Assembly (NCBI GenBank): GCA_001275005.1
Contig: JWZX01003105.1
Coordinates: 1-38,015, forward strand
Reading direction: 5' to 3'
DNA length: 38,015 nt
Source: Chrysochromulina tobinii
Lineage: Eukaryota
The translations under genes were made by a program, and so were the position numbers. This document shows positions 1 through 9,284 of the stretch, piece after piece; position 1 is the first letter of the stretch, and each line of letters starts with the position of its first letter. A model generated the notes under the pieces. It ran no database searches. It saw only the letters and a program-made list of their open reading frames with translations, and was not told where the DNA came from.

Positions 1-132
1 GCTTTCCCCACAGGGAGGAAAGCCCATTTTCGCGCGCATGCGGCCGGGACACCGTCACCGGTCCCAAAACACAATGTCTCTACTCGCAAGAACGATGTCT
101 TTTAAAGCTCTCTCGTCACCCACAAATCCTTT

Positions 133-2246
133 TTAGTGGTTCTTGAGCGCCTGCCAGACGGCCGAGTTGCATTTAAAGCCAGAGCCGAAGGCAATCTGCC
201 AGATGCGATCGCCCTTGCGCAGTCGGCGCGTGACGCCATTCGGAGGCGGCGTGCCGCCCTCGCGCTGCAGCCCGCACGCGTTCCCGTACTCGGCGATCAG
301 CTCGAGCTCGTACCAGATCGACGCGGACGAGACGTTGCCGTACCGGTAGAGCGAGAGGCGCGACGCCTCGAGCACGTGCGGGGGGAGGTTGAGGTTGTTC
401 TCGATGGCGTCGATGACCGCACGCCCACCAGTGTGCACGCACACCCACTCGACGGCGCGCATGAAGTTGGGCACGTACGGCGGCAGCTCCTTGGCAAGCA
501 CCGCCGCGGCGCGCTTGGCCTTCTCCGCAGAGCTCGGTGAGGACGGCGGCGCCTCCCTCGTCGCGGCCGCCACCGTCGCCTGCGCCTTGCCACTGGCCGT
601 CCGGCTCGCGCCGTTCGCCGTCGCGTGCCCGTCGCTCCCTCCCTCGGCGACGGTCGCCGCCTTCGCTGATTCCGCCTCGTCATCGGGTATGGGCCGATAG
701 CCGATGACGGCACCGACGCTTGGAATGGTGACGATCGCCCGCACCGCAGCCGCGAGCGGCTTGCGCAGCGGGCCGACCGGGACCTGGCCACGGAGTGCCT
801 TGCGCGCGAGCAGGTTGAAGAAGAAGCGTAGCTGCTCGGACACGGGGAGTATGAGCGGACCGAGCGACGTGATGTTGCGCTTGAGCGCATCGCCCGCGAT
901 CTGCATGATCTGCTTGGAGAGGCGTACGCCGCGCACGCCCTCCGCGTCCTCCTCCTGGTAGACGGCGCGGTAGCACTCGTCGCTCTGCCCCAAGTGCGTG
1001 CGTACCGTGTGCAGCAGCTTGAAGCGAGCGCGCCGCCTGTCGGCTCGACGGTTGGAGAGAAGCATCGCGGCGGCGCCGCAGCGGAAGAGGCAGTTGGAGA
1101 GCAGCATTGATTTGTCATTGCCGCGGTACCAGTTCTGCGTGATGTTCTCCGTAGAGACGACGAGCGCTCGGCAGTTGCGGTGCTCAGGCGACGCAAGCAG
1201 CTTGGCGGCCAGGTCGACGGCGATGATCGAAGCTGAGCAACCCATGCCGCCGAGGTTGTAACTCTGCACGTCGGAGCGCATCTGGAAGCGGTTGACGATC
1301 ATCGCCGAGAGCGAGGGAGTCGGGCAGAAGAGCGAACAGTTCACTACGAGGATGTCGACGGCCTTGGCGTCCGTCTTGGTGGCCGTCAGGACCCTCTCGA
1401 CAGCACGGAACATCATGAGCTCTGCCTCCTCGCGCGCGCCACCCATGCGCAGCCGCTCGCGCTCCTGCATGCGCGGATTGGCGATCGCCGCGTCCGAGAA
1501 GATCGACGGCGGGAAGATGGAGCACTCGCCGATGCACGAGGTACGCAGGATCTTCTCCTGGAACGCCATCGCCTGCTCCGTGAAGCACGGCGTGCCATCT
1601 GCGTGGCACTGCGTGGCACGGCGCGCGAGGATAGGGGAGAGGGCGCACAAGGTGAGGGTGGCGCGCGCGACGTGCGTCGGAGGGAGGCGAGGGCTTTGCA
1701 AGTTGGCTAACGCGAGGGCTCGAGTGTGCGAGCGTGGACCACGCCTACCGCGGCCTTAGAGACTGCAAGAAAGCGCTCGTAGAGCACGGGCTCGCCCGCC
1801 TGGTTGACGGCATCTCCGCCATCGATGGCCGCGTGCCGGTACGTCTGAAAATCGACGAGCAGCACCTCGGGCCGCTGGCGCATCCACAGCACCGTGCTCA
1901 GCCATACCATGCACAGGAGCACGACGATTGTGCCTGAGATGGAGCCGCGTGCCCCCAATATGGCGTCGCTGACGGCCATCAAGAGGTGTCGGTACAATTC
2001 GTAGTGCTCATCCTTGCACGACTCACAGTAGAGCAGGTAGATGGAATAGCCAGCCAGCAGGATCACCGCGACACGAAGCAAAATCGCGGTCAAGTCGATA
2101 CGCTCTCGGTAGCCACGGAGCACGTCGCGCTTGCTTGCGAGCCAGACCAAGCGGAGCTGGGCCCACTCTTTGGCCGAGAGCACGGTATCGCCCTTGCCCG
2201 TGTAGCCCTTGCGCTCATCACCGTCCATCTGGCCGGGCCACTCCAT
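133..2246 (-). CDS. KCS: 3-ketoacyl-CoA synthase (FAE1/CUT1-type very-long-chain fatty acid condensing enzyme); 2 exons join(2246..1749,1608..133), ~657 aa
   Basis: Diagnostic motifs LVVNCSLFCPTPSLSAM, NLGGMGCSAS (catalytic Cys), LVVSTENIT, NCLFRCG, HTGGRAVID, YGNVSSASIWYEL, WQIAFGSGFKCNSAVW. Two N-terminal TM segments lie in ORF 1707..2369. The ORFs join in frame through a GT-AG intron. An in-frame upstream ATG at 2369 is an alternative start. Confidence 0.93.
1609..1748 (-). other. Spliceosomal intron in KCS (140 nt, phase 0)
   Basis: Donor GCG|GTAGGC, branch-like CTCAC, acceptor CCACGCAG|TGC; removal joins the two ORFs in frame. Confidence 0.8.
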
Positions 2247-2465
2247 GATCGGGAGAGGTTGTTCGCGCGCGCGGCTGCCGACGCGGCACACACAAGCGGG
2301 CTGCTTGAGGTTCGTGTGAAAATGGGTTGCGCTTTTGTAGAAACTAGTGGGGTTGCGCTTGGTCGTCATCGTCGACCGTTTTTCGATACTATGAGCTATG
2401 GATGAGTGAGGCCGGGTCGCGCGCGCGCTGCGTGCCGGCTGCCTTACTCGTTACTGGACGAATTC

Positions 2466-2492
2466 ATGGGTGGTGTTAAAAAACACCGGGGT
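2466..2492 (-). promoter_or_regulatory. Histone mRNA 3' stem-loop element (H2A)
   Basis: Minus strand ACCCC-GGTGTT-TTTT-AACACC-ACCCAT: 6-bp stem, 4-nt U-rich loop and ACCCA tail, 33 nt after the H2A stop; identical to the element after H2B. Confidence 0.9.
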
Positions 2493-2520
2493 TGGTTGGT
2501 TTTGAAGTGCGCGGAGATAT

Positions 2521-2895
2521 TTAATCCGACGCCTTCTTGGACTTCTTCGGGAGCAGGACCGAGTGGATGTTCGGGAGAACACCGCCGGCCGCGACCGTCA
2601 CGCCCGAAAGGAACTTGTTGAGCTCCTCGTCGTTGCGGACCGCCAGGGTGATGTGGCGGGGGATGATGCGCGACTTCTTGTTGTCGCGGGCGGCGTTGCC
2701 GGCAAGCTCGAGGACCTCAGCGGCCATGTACTCGAGGACAGCCGCGAGGTACACGGGGGCGCCCGCGCCGATGCGCGACGCGTACTTGCCGAGCTTCATG
2801 TGGCGGTGAACGCGGCCCACCGGGAACTGGAGGCCGGCCTTGGCCGAGCGCGACGTCGCCTTCTTCTTGGAACCACCGCGGCCACCTTTCACCAT
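2521..2895 (-). CDS. H2A: Histone H2A (canonical type, intronless, 124 aa)
   Basis: [60 protein letters not shown] at 2895; no C-terminal SQ(E/D) motif, so not H2A.X. Confidence 0.98.
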   Translation of the reverse strand: MVKGGRGGSKKKATSRSAKAGLQFPVGRVHRHMKLGKYASRIGAGAPVYLAAVLEYMAAEVLELAGNAARDNKKSRIIPRHITLAVRNDEELNKFLSGVTVAAGGVLPNIHSVLLPKKSKKASD

Positions 2896-2959
2896 TTTTG
2901 AATTGAGTTGATTTGATTGCTGTTTCAATCTATCCACTGAAAAGGATAACCCATTTGTC

Positions 2960-2992
2960 TGGTCGGGAACGCGAGTGCGGCTGGCTCGGCGA
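2960..2992 (-). promoter_or_regulatory. Conserved histone upstream element (H2A copy)
   Basis: Minus strand TCGCCGAGCCAGCCGCACTCGCGTTCCCGACCA, 64 nt upstream of the H2A ATG; 31/33 identical to 14430..14462 upstream of H2B. Confidence 0.8.
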
Positions 2993-3081
2993 ACGTCTCT
3001 TTGTTTTGCCCCCTCATCTTTGGTGTTGCCTCGCCACCACGTTGCTCGTCGCGCTCGCGGGCCTCTTCGGCGCGGCTGGCA

Positions 3082-4056
3082 ATGGAGCATGTTGTCATAA
3101 CGTGCCCTTTGACCGCTCCGTGGCTAACTTCTCTTTGTGTGGCGCCTCACCTCCTCTCGCGGCCGAGCGCTCGGCCGACAGAACCTATCCCGTGTCTCCG
3201 CCTCCGCTCTCGCCAATGCCGCCTGCCCCGATCCGCCGCCTGCAGAACTGTGCAGTGATGGCGACCTCGTCGGCGGCTCCCAAACGATTGCCGCCGATGA
3301 CGCTGAGCTCGTCGTCCCCTCGCTCTGTGGCGGCCGGGGTGGCGCCGACGGCTGCCACGCCGTGTTCACATGGATCGAGGCACAACGCTGGACCGACGTC
3401 TTGCGCGCGAGGCTCGACATCGGTGGTGACGGCATCATCGAGGGGTACCTGCTTCAGCTCGTCTTCGCTCCCAGGTCGCCGCGCGCCTGCGCGTCAAGAA
3501 CTTTCTTCGGCGGCGCGGTCGTTTGCTAGGAAAGACGAGGCGCCTCCTCTTTGCCCCCCTCTCGACTCCGGAGCAACCCGCGCCTTCCATCGAGGGTCTT
3601 GCAAGGAGTGAGTATCCCAGCGCTGATCGGGTCCACGAGTCCACCACGGACACATGGAACGCCCCGGACGCAAGCGTCCATACTCAGGAACACTTCTCGA
3701 TCCTGCGCTCGTCTGCCTCCGCTCTCAAGCGTGCCTTCACTGACGCAGGTCATTTCAGCATCATGCTCGCGCGCGCGTGCGAGCGATTGGCTCCGGCTAC
3801 GGCAGCTGCTCCCCATGACCTTGGCGTGACGCAGGGAGCCGTCCAACGCCCCCGAGCACAACCAAATCTTCCATCGCATGCGCAGCTCACCATTCGGAAG
3901 CTGCACGTGCATTTGTGCAAATCACAAAGCGCGTGGCGGCGACGCACAAGGCTGGCGAGTAGCATGGTACGCGACCGGCGCGTTTTCTGCCCTTGCCATC
4001 GCACCCGCATCCGGCAGATAGCGGTCATGCCTGTGGCACATCGGGTACGTGTTTGA
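3082..4056 (+). CDS. Possible hypothetical protein gene divergent from H2A; structure unresolved (probable intron ending 3181, apparent frameshift near 3460)
   Basis: Frame 3137 reads protein-like ([44 protein letters not shown]). It continues plausibly in the 3523 frame ([20 protein letters not shown]..) if one base is added near 3460. ATG at 3082 and CCGACAG acceptor at 3181, but I could not resolve the phase. No recognisable domain. Confidence 0.3.
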
Positions 4057-4377
4057 GTGTGACGTGGGAGTCATGTGACGTGACCTCAGAATCGGTGGGC
4101 CTGAGTTGAGCATATTTTTCTGACACTCGCAGTGTGCCATGTAACGCTCCAGTCTCAAAGCAATGACAACGCACACACCGCCCGCACCCACTGTTCTAGA
4201 GAAGTAACCATGGTGCATGGAATAGCGCGCCGGAGTATACTCGCGCATCATTGCCGCGCAACGCCCCGCATGATGTGCCCGCGCGTCCCACCGAAGGCGT
4301 GCGCGCGGACGGCCACCGCCGCCCGCCTCGCACCTTGCGCCGCCAACGCCGCCGCCGCCCGCCTCGCGCCGCCACAC

Positions 4378-5655
4378 TCAATAGAGCTGGTTCCAGTGGC
4401 CCTGCTTGATGATGGCGACCGAGCGACCCTCCATAGGCCGGACGGTCTTGTAGTAGCATTCGGCCTCGTGGCGACCATTGTCCGAGATATTGCCCGTGAG
4501 CGACTCGTGCGAGAACGCCTCTGCAATAAGCGAGTCCTTGCACCCGAACTTGGAGCGCTGCGGCGCCGTCGCTGCCAGCGTCTTCATTGAGAGCCCCAGG
4601 TCCCCCGGCTTGAAGCCGCTCGTGGCCATCACGTTGACGCGGCCTGTGGTCGTGGCCAACTCGTTGCGAACGGGTCCGACGTCGTTGATAGCCGTCTGCG
4701 GGCGGTAGCCCGCGTACCCGGGCAGCTGGTGCGCGTACTGGAAGAGCGTCTGCAGCTCAAAATTTTTGGTGCCCTCGCGCGGCTGCTTACACAGTCCCTG
4801 ATGCGACGCGTGCGGGTTGCGCCCTGTCTCGGGGACGAAGCCCGAGTAGCCAGGCGGATGATATGTGGCCTTGGAGGTGCCCTGGAAGTACTCCGCCGTG
4901 GACGCCGTGAAGTTGATCTGCGTAGGATCCGCCGGCAGCTTCGAGCGCGGGTCGACGCCATACGCGCCGTACGCCTCGCGGTAGCTCGTCTTGAGCTCCG
5001 GCTCACGCAGCGCGACGCCGCTGAACTGGCGGTTGGCGCGCACCTTGGGCTCGGGCCCGGGCGGCAGCACCTTCTTAACCGCCATCAGCAAGTTGCCCTC
5101 CTCGCTCTTCTGCATGTACTCGGTCGTGTAGAATGGGCTCGGCTCTTTCAGGTTCACGGTGCCGGGTGGGCGCAGCATCCCGGTGGCCGTCACGTCGGAC
5201 GGGTAGTCCTGCTGCTGCAGGTGTGCGCCTTGATTGTACGCGCCATTGAAGGTCGAATCGTGGAAGAAGCGCCTGTCCATCGTGTCCGGCGGCCGCCGGA
5301 TGTACGGCGGGTCGCCAATTGGGCGTGCCGCCTTTGAGTCCCAGAGCGGGTTGGGAGCGGTACCCTCAGCAAACTGCGCGGGCGAGAGCTGGAAATCGAT
5401 GGAGAAGGACGAGAGCGGCTTCTTGATCGTGCCGCCGTCGCCGTGAGAACCGTATCCACGGTCCGTCTTCGCGCGCGCAGCACAGCCTGTCTTGGTGGGG
5501 ATATCGATGTTCTCCTCCATCGGCACCATCCCGGTGTAGCCCGGCACGCCGACGCCCAGCCGGTAGCAGATGAACGACTTGTTGGCCGCCGTGTTGCCAT
5601 TGTGGAAGGTGTCGCCCAGCGGCCGCGCCGCTTGCCCGGCCGCGTCAGTGGACAT
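4378..5655 (-). CDS. PYG-repeat protein, likely a ciliary microtubule inner protein (FAM166/CIMIP2-like), 425 aa
   Basis: Three P-G-Y-x-G-x-x-P motifs (VPGYTGMVP, PPGYSGFVP, LPGYAGYRP) in a low-globularity sequence with TSYREAY / STFNGAY type segments, as in axonemal MIPs. Confidence 0.65.
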   Translation of the reverse strand: MSTDAAGQAARPLGDTFHNGNTAANKSFICYRLGVGVPGYTGMVPMEENIDIPTKTGCAARAKTDRGYGSHGDGGTIKKPLSSFSIDFQLSPAQFAEGTAPNPLWDSKAARPIGDPPYIRRPPDTMDRRFFHDSTFNGAYNQGAHLQQQDYPSDVTATGMLRPPGTVNLKEPSPFYTTEYMQKSEEGNLLMAVKKVLPPGPEPKVRANRQFSGVALREPELKTSYREAYGAYGVDPRSKLPADPTQINFTASTAEYFQGTSKATYHPPGYSGFVPETGRNPHASHQGLCKQPREGTKNFELQTLFQYAHQLPGYAGYRPQTAINDVGPVRNELATTTGRVNVMATSGFKPGDLGLSMKTLAATAPQRSKFGCKDSLIAEAFSHESLTGNISDNGRHEAECYYKTVRPMEGRSVAIIKQGHWNQLY

Positions 5656-5899
5656 GGCTGCCGCTCAGGGGAGGGGTTGGACACACGAGCACAGAACTGA
5701 CACGATGTTTGCCAACACGGCGTTTTGGCTTTTTTCACGGTAACGGGTGCCCTGAAACTTTCAAGCATGAGATCCTTTGAGAAACAACTCCGCGTGTCCG
5801 GAGCCGCCATGATCTCCTGAAATTCTTCTCACTCTTCACTCTTGCCTCGGATATTGTACCGGCGCGCGGTCATTCGAGTCCTCAGGTGAGAAAAGCATA

Positions 5900-6652
5900 T
5901 CATGAGGAGACTAGCCATCCTCGAATGGTAGTTAGAGCCCGCCCCTGGAACGTCTCGCTGCTGGCGACGATGCCCACGAAGACGGACAGCACTAAGAAAA
6001 AAGCACAGAGGCACAGATGCACGGTGCCGAGGCGGTTGACCTTGCGGGCCAGCATCGCATCGGGGTCCTCGTCGACCAAGTAGCCGTTTGGGTTCAGCAC
6101 GTGCTCCTGCATCGCCTTGGTCGCGTACTGCCGCTGCAAGTAGCGGCCGCGCACGCCAGCGTCACGCTGCAGCGCATCGAAGAAGACGAGCGCGTCACCG
6201 TCATGAGCACGGATGGCCGCAGCAGTGTTGAGTGCGCCGCTCGTGAGCAGCCAAAGCTTGTGCTCGGTCGACTTCTCGTTGCCCGTGGACGAGCCGAGCG
6301 CGTGCCGTGCGAGCCGCGCGAGCGCGGCCACGCCCTCCGTCGTGACGGCAAACGGCCGACGCCGCACAAACGCGCAAACCTCAAGCGCCTTGGACGCATT
6401 GTCTGGGCTGAAGTTTTTACCCGTGTGTTGCGCGGCGACGAACTCGAGGACATCGACCAGCCGTTCCTCGCGGAGCTTGGGCAGCGCCTCGAAGACGCAC
6501 TTGGCGCAAGCCTGCATTACGGCCGCTTCGGCATTGGCGGCAGGTGCAGTGGCGGAAGTCGCAGCAGCGGGTGGCTTCGATGAGTGATCGGGAGGCGGTG
6601 CGCCGCTGCACCCGCTGCCACCGCCGAGGCCACGCCGCTCGCGGTCGGTCAT
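5900..6652 (-). CDS. Hypothetical protein with C-terminal transmembrane helix (~250 aa)
   Basis: 3' part of ORF 5900..7162 from the ATG at 6652 (MTDRERR); helical core and hydrophobic LCLCAFFLVLSVFVGIVA near the C-terminus. The ORF portion above 6742 is antisense to the next gene. Confidence 0.6.
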   Translation of the reverse strand: MTDRERRGLGGGSGCSGAPPPDHSSKPPAAATSATAPAANAEAAVMQACAKCVFEALPKLREERLVDVLEFVAAQHTGKNFSPDNASKALEVCAFVRRRPFAVTTEGVAALARLARHALGSSTGNEKSTEHKLWLLTSGALNTAAAIRAHDGDALVFFDALQRDAGVRGRYLQRQYATKAMQEHVLNPNGYLVDEDPDAMLARKVNRLGTVHLCLCAFFLVLSVFVGIVASSETFQGRALTTIRGWLVSS

Positions 6653-6742
6653 GCAAGGTGTCGTGGCCGTCCGCTTCCGCCGAGGGTGAGCGTCGCCATC
6701 GTTCACACGGCCCTCCAAGGACGAACAAACAGCTGGCGCTCC

Positions 6743-8533
6743 ATGCAGGTCGACCTCAATCCGCCGAAGAAGGTGAAAGCTTCGGACACCGACGTCGTGT
6801 TCGAAGGCGCGATCGTCTCCATCGACGCTGACAACTATGTGGTCGATACATCCTTTGACGATGCGTCCGCCGGTGGCGTGCCCACTGACACGACTGCCGA
6901 GGACATCCTCGCCGCCTTTGCAACCTCGATGAGGGCTTTTGCGCGCGCGCAGCAGGGCGTGAACGCCGCGTGCAGCATGCGCTCGTTGATGGGGGTCCTG
7001 CACTTTGACGCTTTCGCCAGTGAAGCCACGGTGTTCGACGCACTCATGGCTCTCAACTCGCTGCTCTATCGCAATGCCGCTAATGTCGAAGCTGCCCATG
7101 ATGCGGGCGCGGTCGCGCTCATCGTGAGCCTGGTACGGCGCGACACGGCTGCGAGCGAGCATGACCTGCAGCGTTCACGAGAGCTCACACGCGCAGCGTT
7201 GCAGGCGCTGCTGCTCTTGAGCCAGGGTGACCCATCGCGCGCGCGCCGAGTGCAGCTTGGTGGCGCGGTGAGTGCGCTCGTTTCCGGCGCGTTCGCGCGC
7301 ACCGAGACCGACCCGGAGGCTGCGTACTGGGGCGCCAAAGTGCTCGAGCGTATCAGCAGCGCTGGGCCCGAATGCATGCAGTCAATTGCGCTCGCCGACG
7401 GCGCCATCGGCGCTCTCCTGGCTGTGCTCGAATGCGGGTACTCACCAGGCACCCCCTTTACAGATGACCCACCCCCTTTGAACGTGAGCGCCGACGCTAG
7501 TGAGAGCACCGTATCGCCCGCGGCCGAAGCCTCGATGCGGCGGTTGCTACTCAAGCCGACGGGAGCGCATCGGCAGGCGGCGGCAGCGGCGGCGATGGCC
7601 CTATGCGCCCTCCTCCATGCACCCGAAACATCGAGCGCGGTGGTCAAGGCGGTCGAGGCGGTCGCGGCGCTTCACGGCCAGGCGCCACGCATCGGTCACG
7701 CGATCAAGGCCGCCTCCTCGGCGCTTCTCGCATTGATCCATCGGCATTCGATCGCGAGGCTTCGTGCGGCGTTGACACCGGTTATGGAGGGTGCCACTGG
7801 AGCGCCGGGAGAGAGCGCGCGGCTTCTGGCCGATGCTTGCACTTTCGCGCGCACCATGCTCGTGCCCGAGAAGACTATCGGCCAAGCACGCGCCACCTTC
7901 AAGCGCCGCCAGCAAGAGGTCGACCAGGGCGCGGAGGACCGCAAGCGCAATCCGTGCAAGTATTCGGAGGCGCCAGCGGCAGCATCGCCGCGTACGCCGC
8001 GTACGCCACCGGCGGTGTCTCCCCGAGGGAAGCCGGCGACCACTGGGGGTCGCATCAGCACAGGGTCAACGACGCCGCGTGCGGCGGCCCCGTCCACGAC
8101 GACCCGCGCGGCGGCCCCGGCTGCATTGGCGTCGGCGCCATTGCCGTCACCCGACGGCGCCACTCGACGACGCTTGTCCGGTGCGCTGCCGCCGCCGCCG
8201 CCGCTCTCGCTGCCCTCGCCGGGTGGCGGGTCGTGGGCGCACAGCACGACGGCGCAGAGCTCCTCCACAACCACCCAGCAGGCCGAGGCTGCCATCGACT
8301 CGCACCTCGGTGCGGCGCGCGCGGTGCTGTACGAAGCGATGGCGCAGCTCAAGGCGGAGCACGAGGCGCAGCTCGCGCGCTCCCAGCAGGAGATCCGGAA
8401 TCTGCGTGTCGAGCTGCAGTCCGTGAGGCAGGCCGAGGCGGCGCTCCAGGCAAAGCTCGCGACCATCTCACGCAGTGTAACGCTCGCAACACGGCCGCAT
8501 GGAGCTCAGCAGCACGAATCAACCGAACGGTGA
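6743..8533 (+). CDS. Armadillo-like repeat protein with Pro/Ser/Thr-rich linker and C-terminal coiled coil (~596 aa)
   Basis: ARM-like segments (NVEAAHDAGAVALIVSLV; RVQLGGAVSALVS; IALADGAIGALLAVL), SP/TP-rich disordered region and heptad C-terminus; first ATG at 6743. Confidence 0.7.
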   Translation: MQVDLNPPKKVKASDTDVVFEGAIVSIDADNYVVDTSFDDASAGGVPTDTTAEDILAAFATSMRAFARAQQGVNAACSMRSLMGVLHFDAFASEATVFDALMALNSLLYRNAANVEAAHDAGAVALIVSLVRRDTAASEHDLQRSRELTRAALQALLLLSQGDPSRARRVQLGGAVSALVSGAFARTETDPEAAYWGAKVLERISSAGPECMQSIALADGAIGALLAVLECGYSPGTPFTDDPPPLNVSADASESTVSPAAEASMRRLLLKPTGAHRQAAAAAAMALCALLHAPETSSAVVKAVEAVAALHGQAPRIGHAIKAASSALLALIHRHSIARLRAALTPVMEGATGAPGESARLLADACTFARTMLVPEKTIGQARATFKRRQQEVDQGAEDRKRNPCKYSEAPAAASPRTPRTPPAVSPRGKPATTGGRISTGSTTPRAAAPSTTTRAAAPAALASAPLPSPDGATRRRLSGALPPPPPLSLPSPGGGSWAHSTTAQSSSTTTQQAEAAIDSHLGAARAVLYEAMAQLKAEHEAQLARSQQEIRNLRVELQSVRQAEAALQAKLATISRSVTLATRPHGAQQHESTER

Positions 8534-9284
8534 GCTCCTGAGGCCCATGGTTGAGTCAACCCGATAGCGATACCCATGTGTGAGCCATGTATACGTGAGC
8601 TCCCGGCGTTTATACATCGATAGCCATACGGATGATGTGTTCGGATCATTCGGTCATATAGGGCCGTCCCCGGCGGAAAGTGCTTTAGTTATCGATTTTA
8701 CACGTGCGCTGTTCCGTAATAGCAAATACACCTATCGTGAGACGAAGTACGTATACGTACCCGGTTACGCTTACGGCTTACGCCGGCGCCGCCCGCTCAG
8801 ACGCGAGACGGGACTCGGGAGTCGGGAGACGTGGAGCTCCGTACGCGTACCGCCTGTCCGTTCCCGTCCGCTGGGACGTGTGTATACTATCGGCAACCGA
8901 CAGCAGCATGCTGCCGGTTTTTCAACCGAGTCGCTTCGCGCATCGCGGCAGCGCGGGCGGCCACCTCACGGCCACCTGCATCCGCCGTGCCGCCCCCCCG
9001 GCCGGAGAGGAAAGTGGGTGCTCGAGCTATACACGCGGGACCCATTACACCGACGACCAATCGCGCCCGCACTGCGCAGCCACGCCGACACCGGCCACCG
9101 CACATGCCCATGTGCTACATGCACGCCACCATGCACCATGCTGAGCATCATGCCCACCTAATCTACATGCGATGTGAGAGAGAAGGGCCATGTTCGGTGT
9201 GGCCAACGCGCCATGATTTCGGACGCGTACCAGTCCGCGTCTCCGCGACTCCGTGTCGAGACTCCGTGCTCGGATTCATGGATG

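Noticed and set aside
3080..3088. CAATGGAGC shared upstream of both histone genes (also 14394..14402) as a CCAAT-box module
   Set aside because: Distances to the histone ATGs differ, and in both places it coincides with the ATG-GAG start of the divergent neighbouring ORF.
2896..3090. 65-aa N-terminal extension of H2A in the ORF track
   Set aside because: It runs through the conserved promoter element and A-rich leader shared with H2B; canonical H2A begins at 2895.
6584..7162. Apparent 580-bp overlap of ORFs 5900..7162(-) and 6584..8533(+)
   Set aside because: The overlap disappears when the ATGs at 6652(-) and 6743(+) are used; the extensions are antisense read-through.
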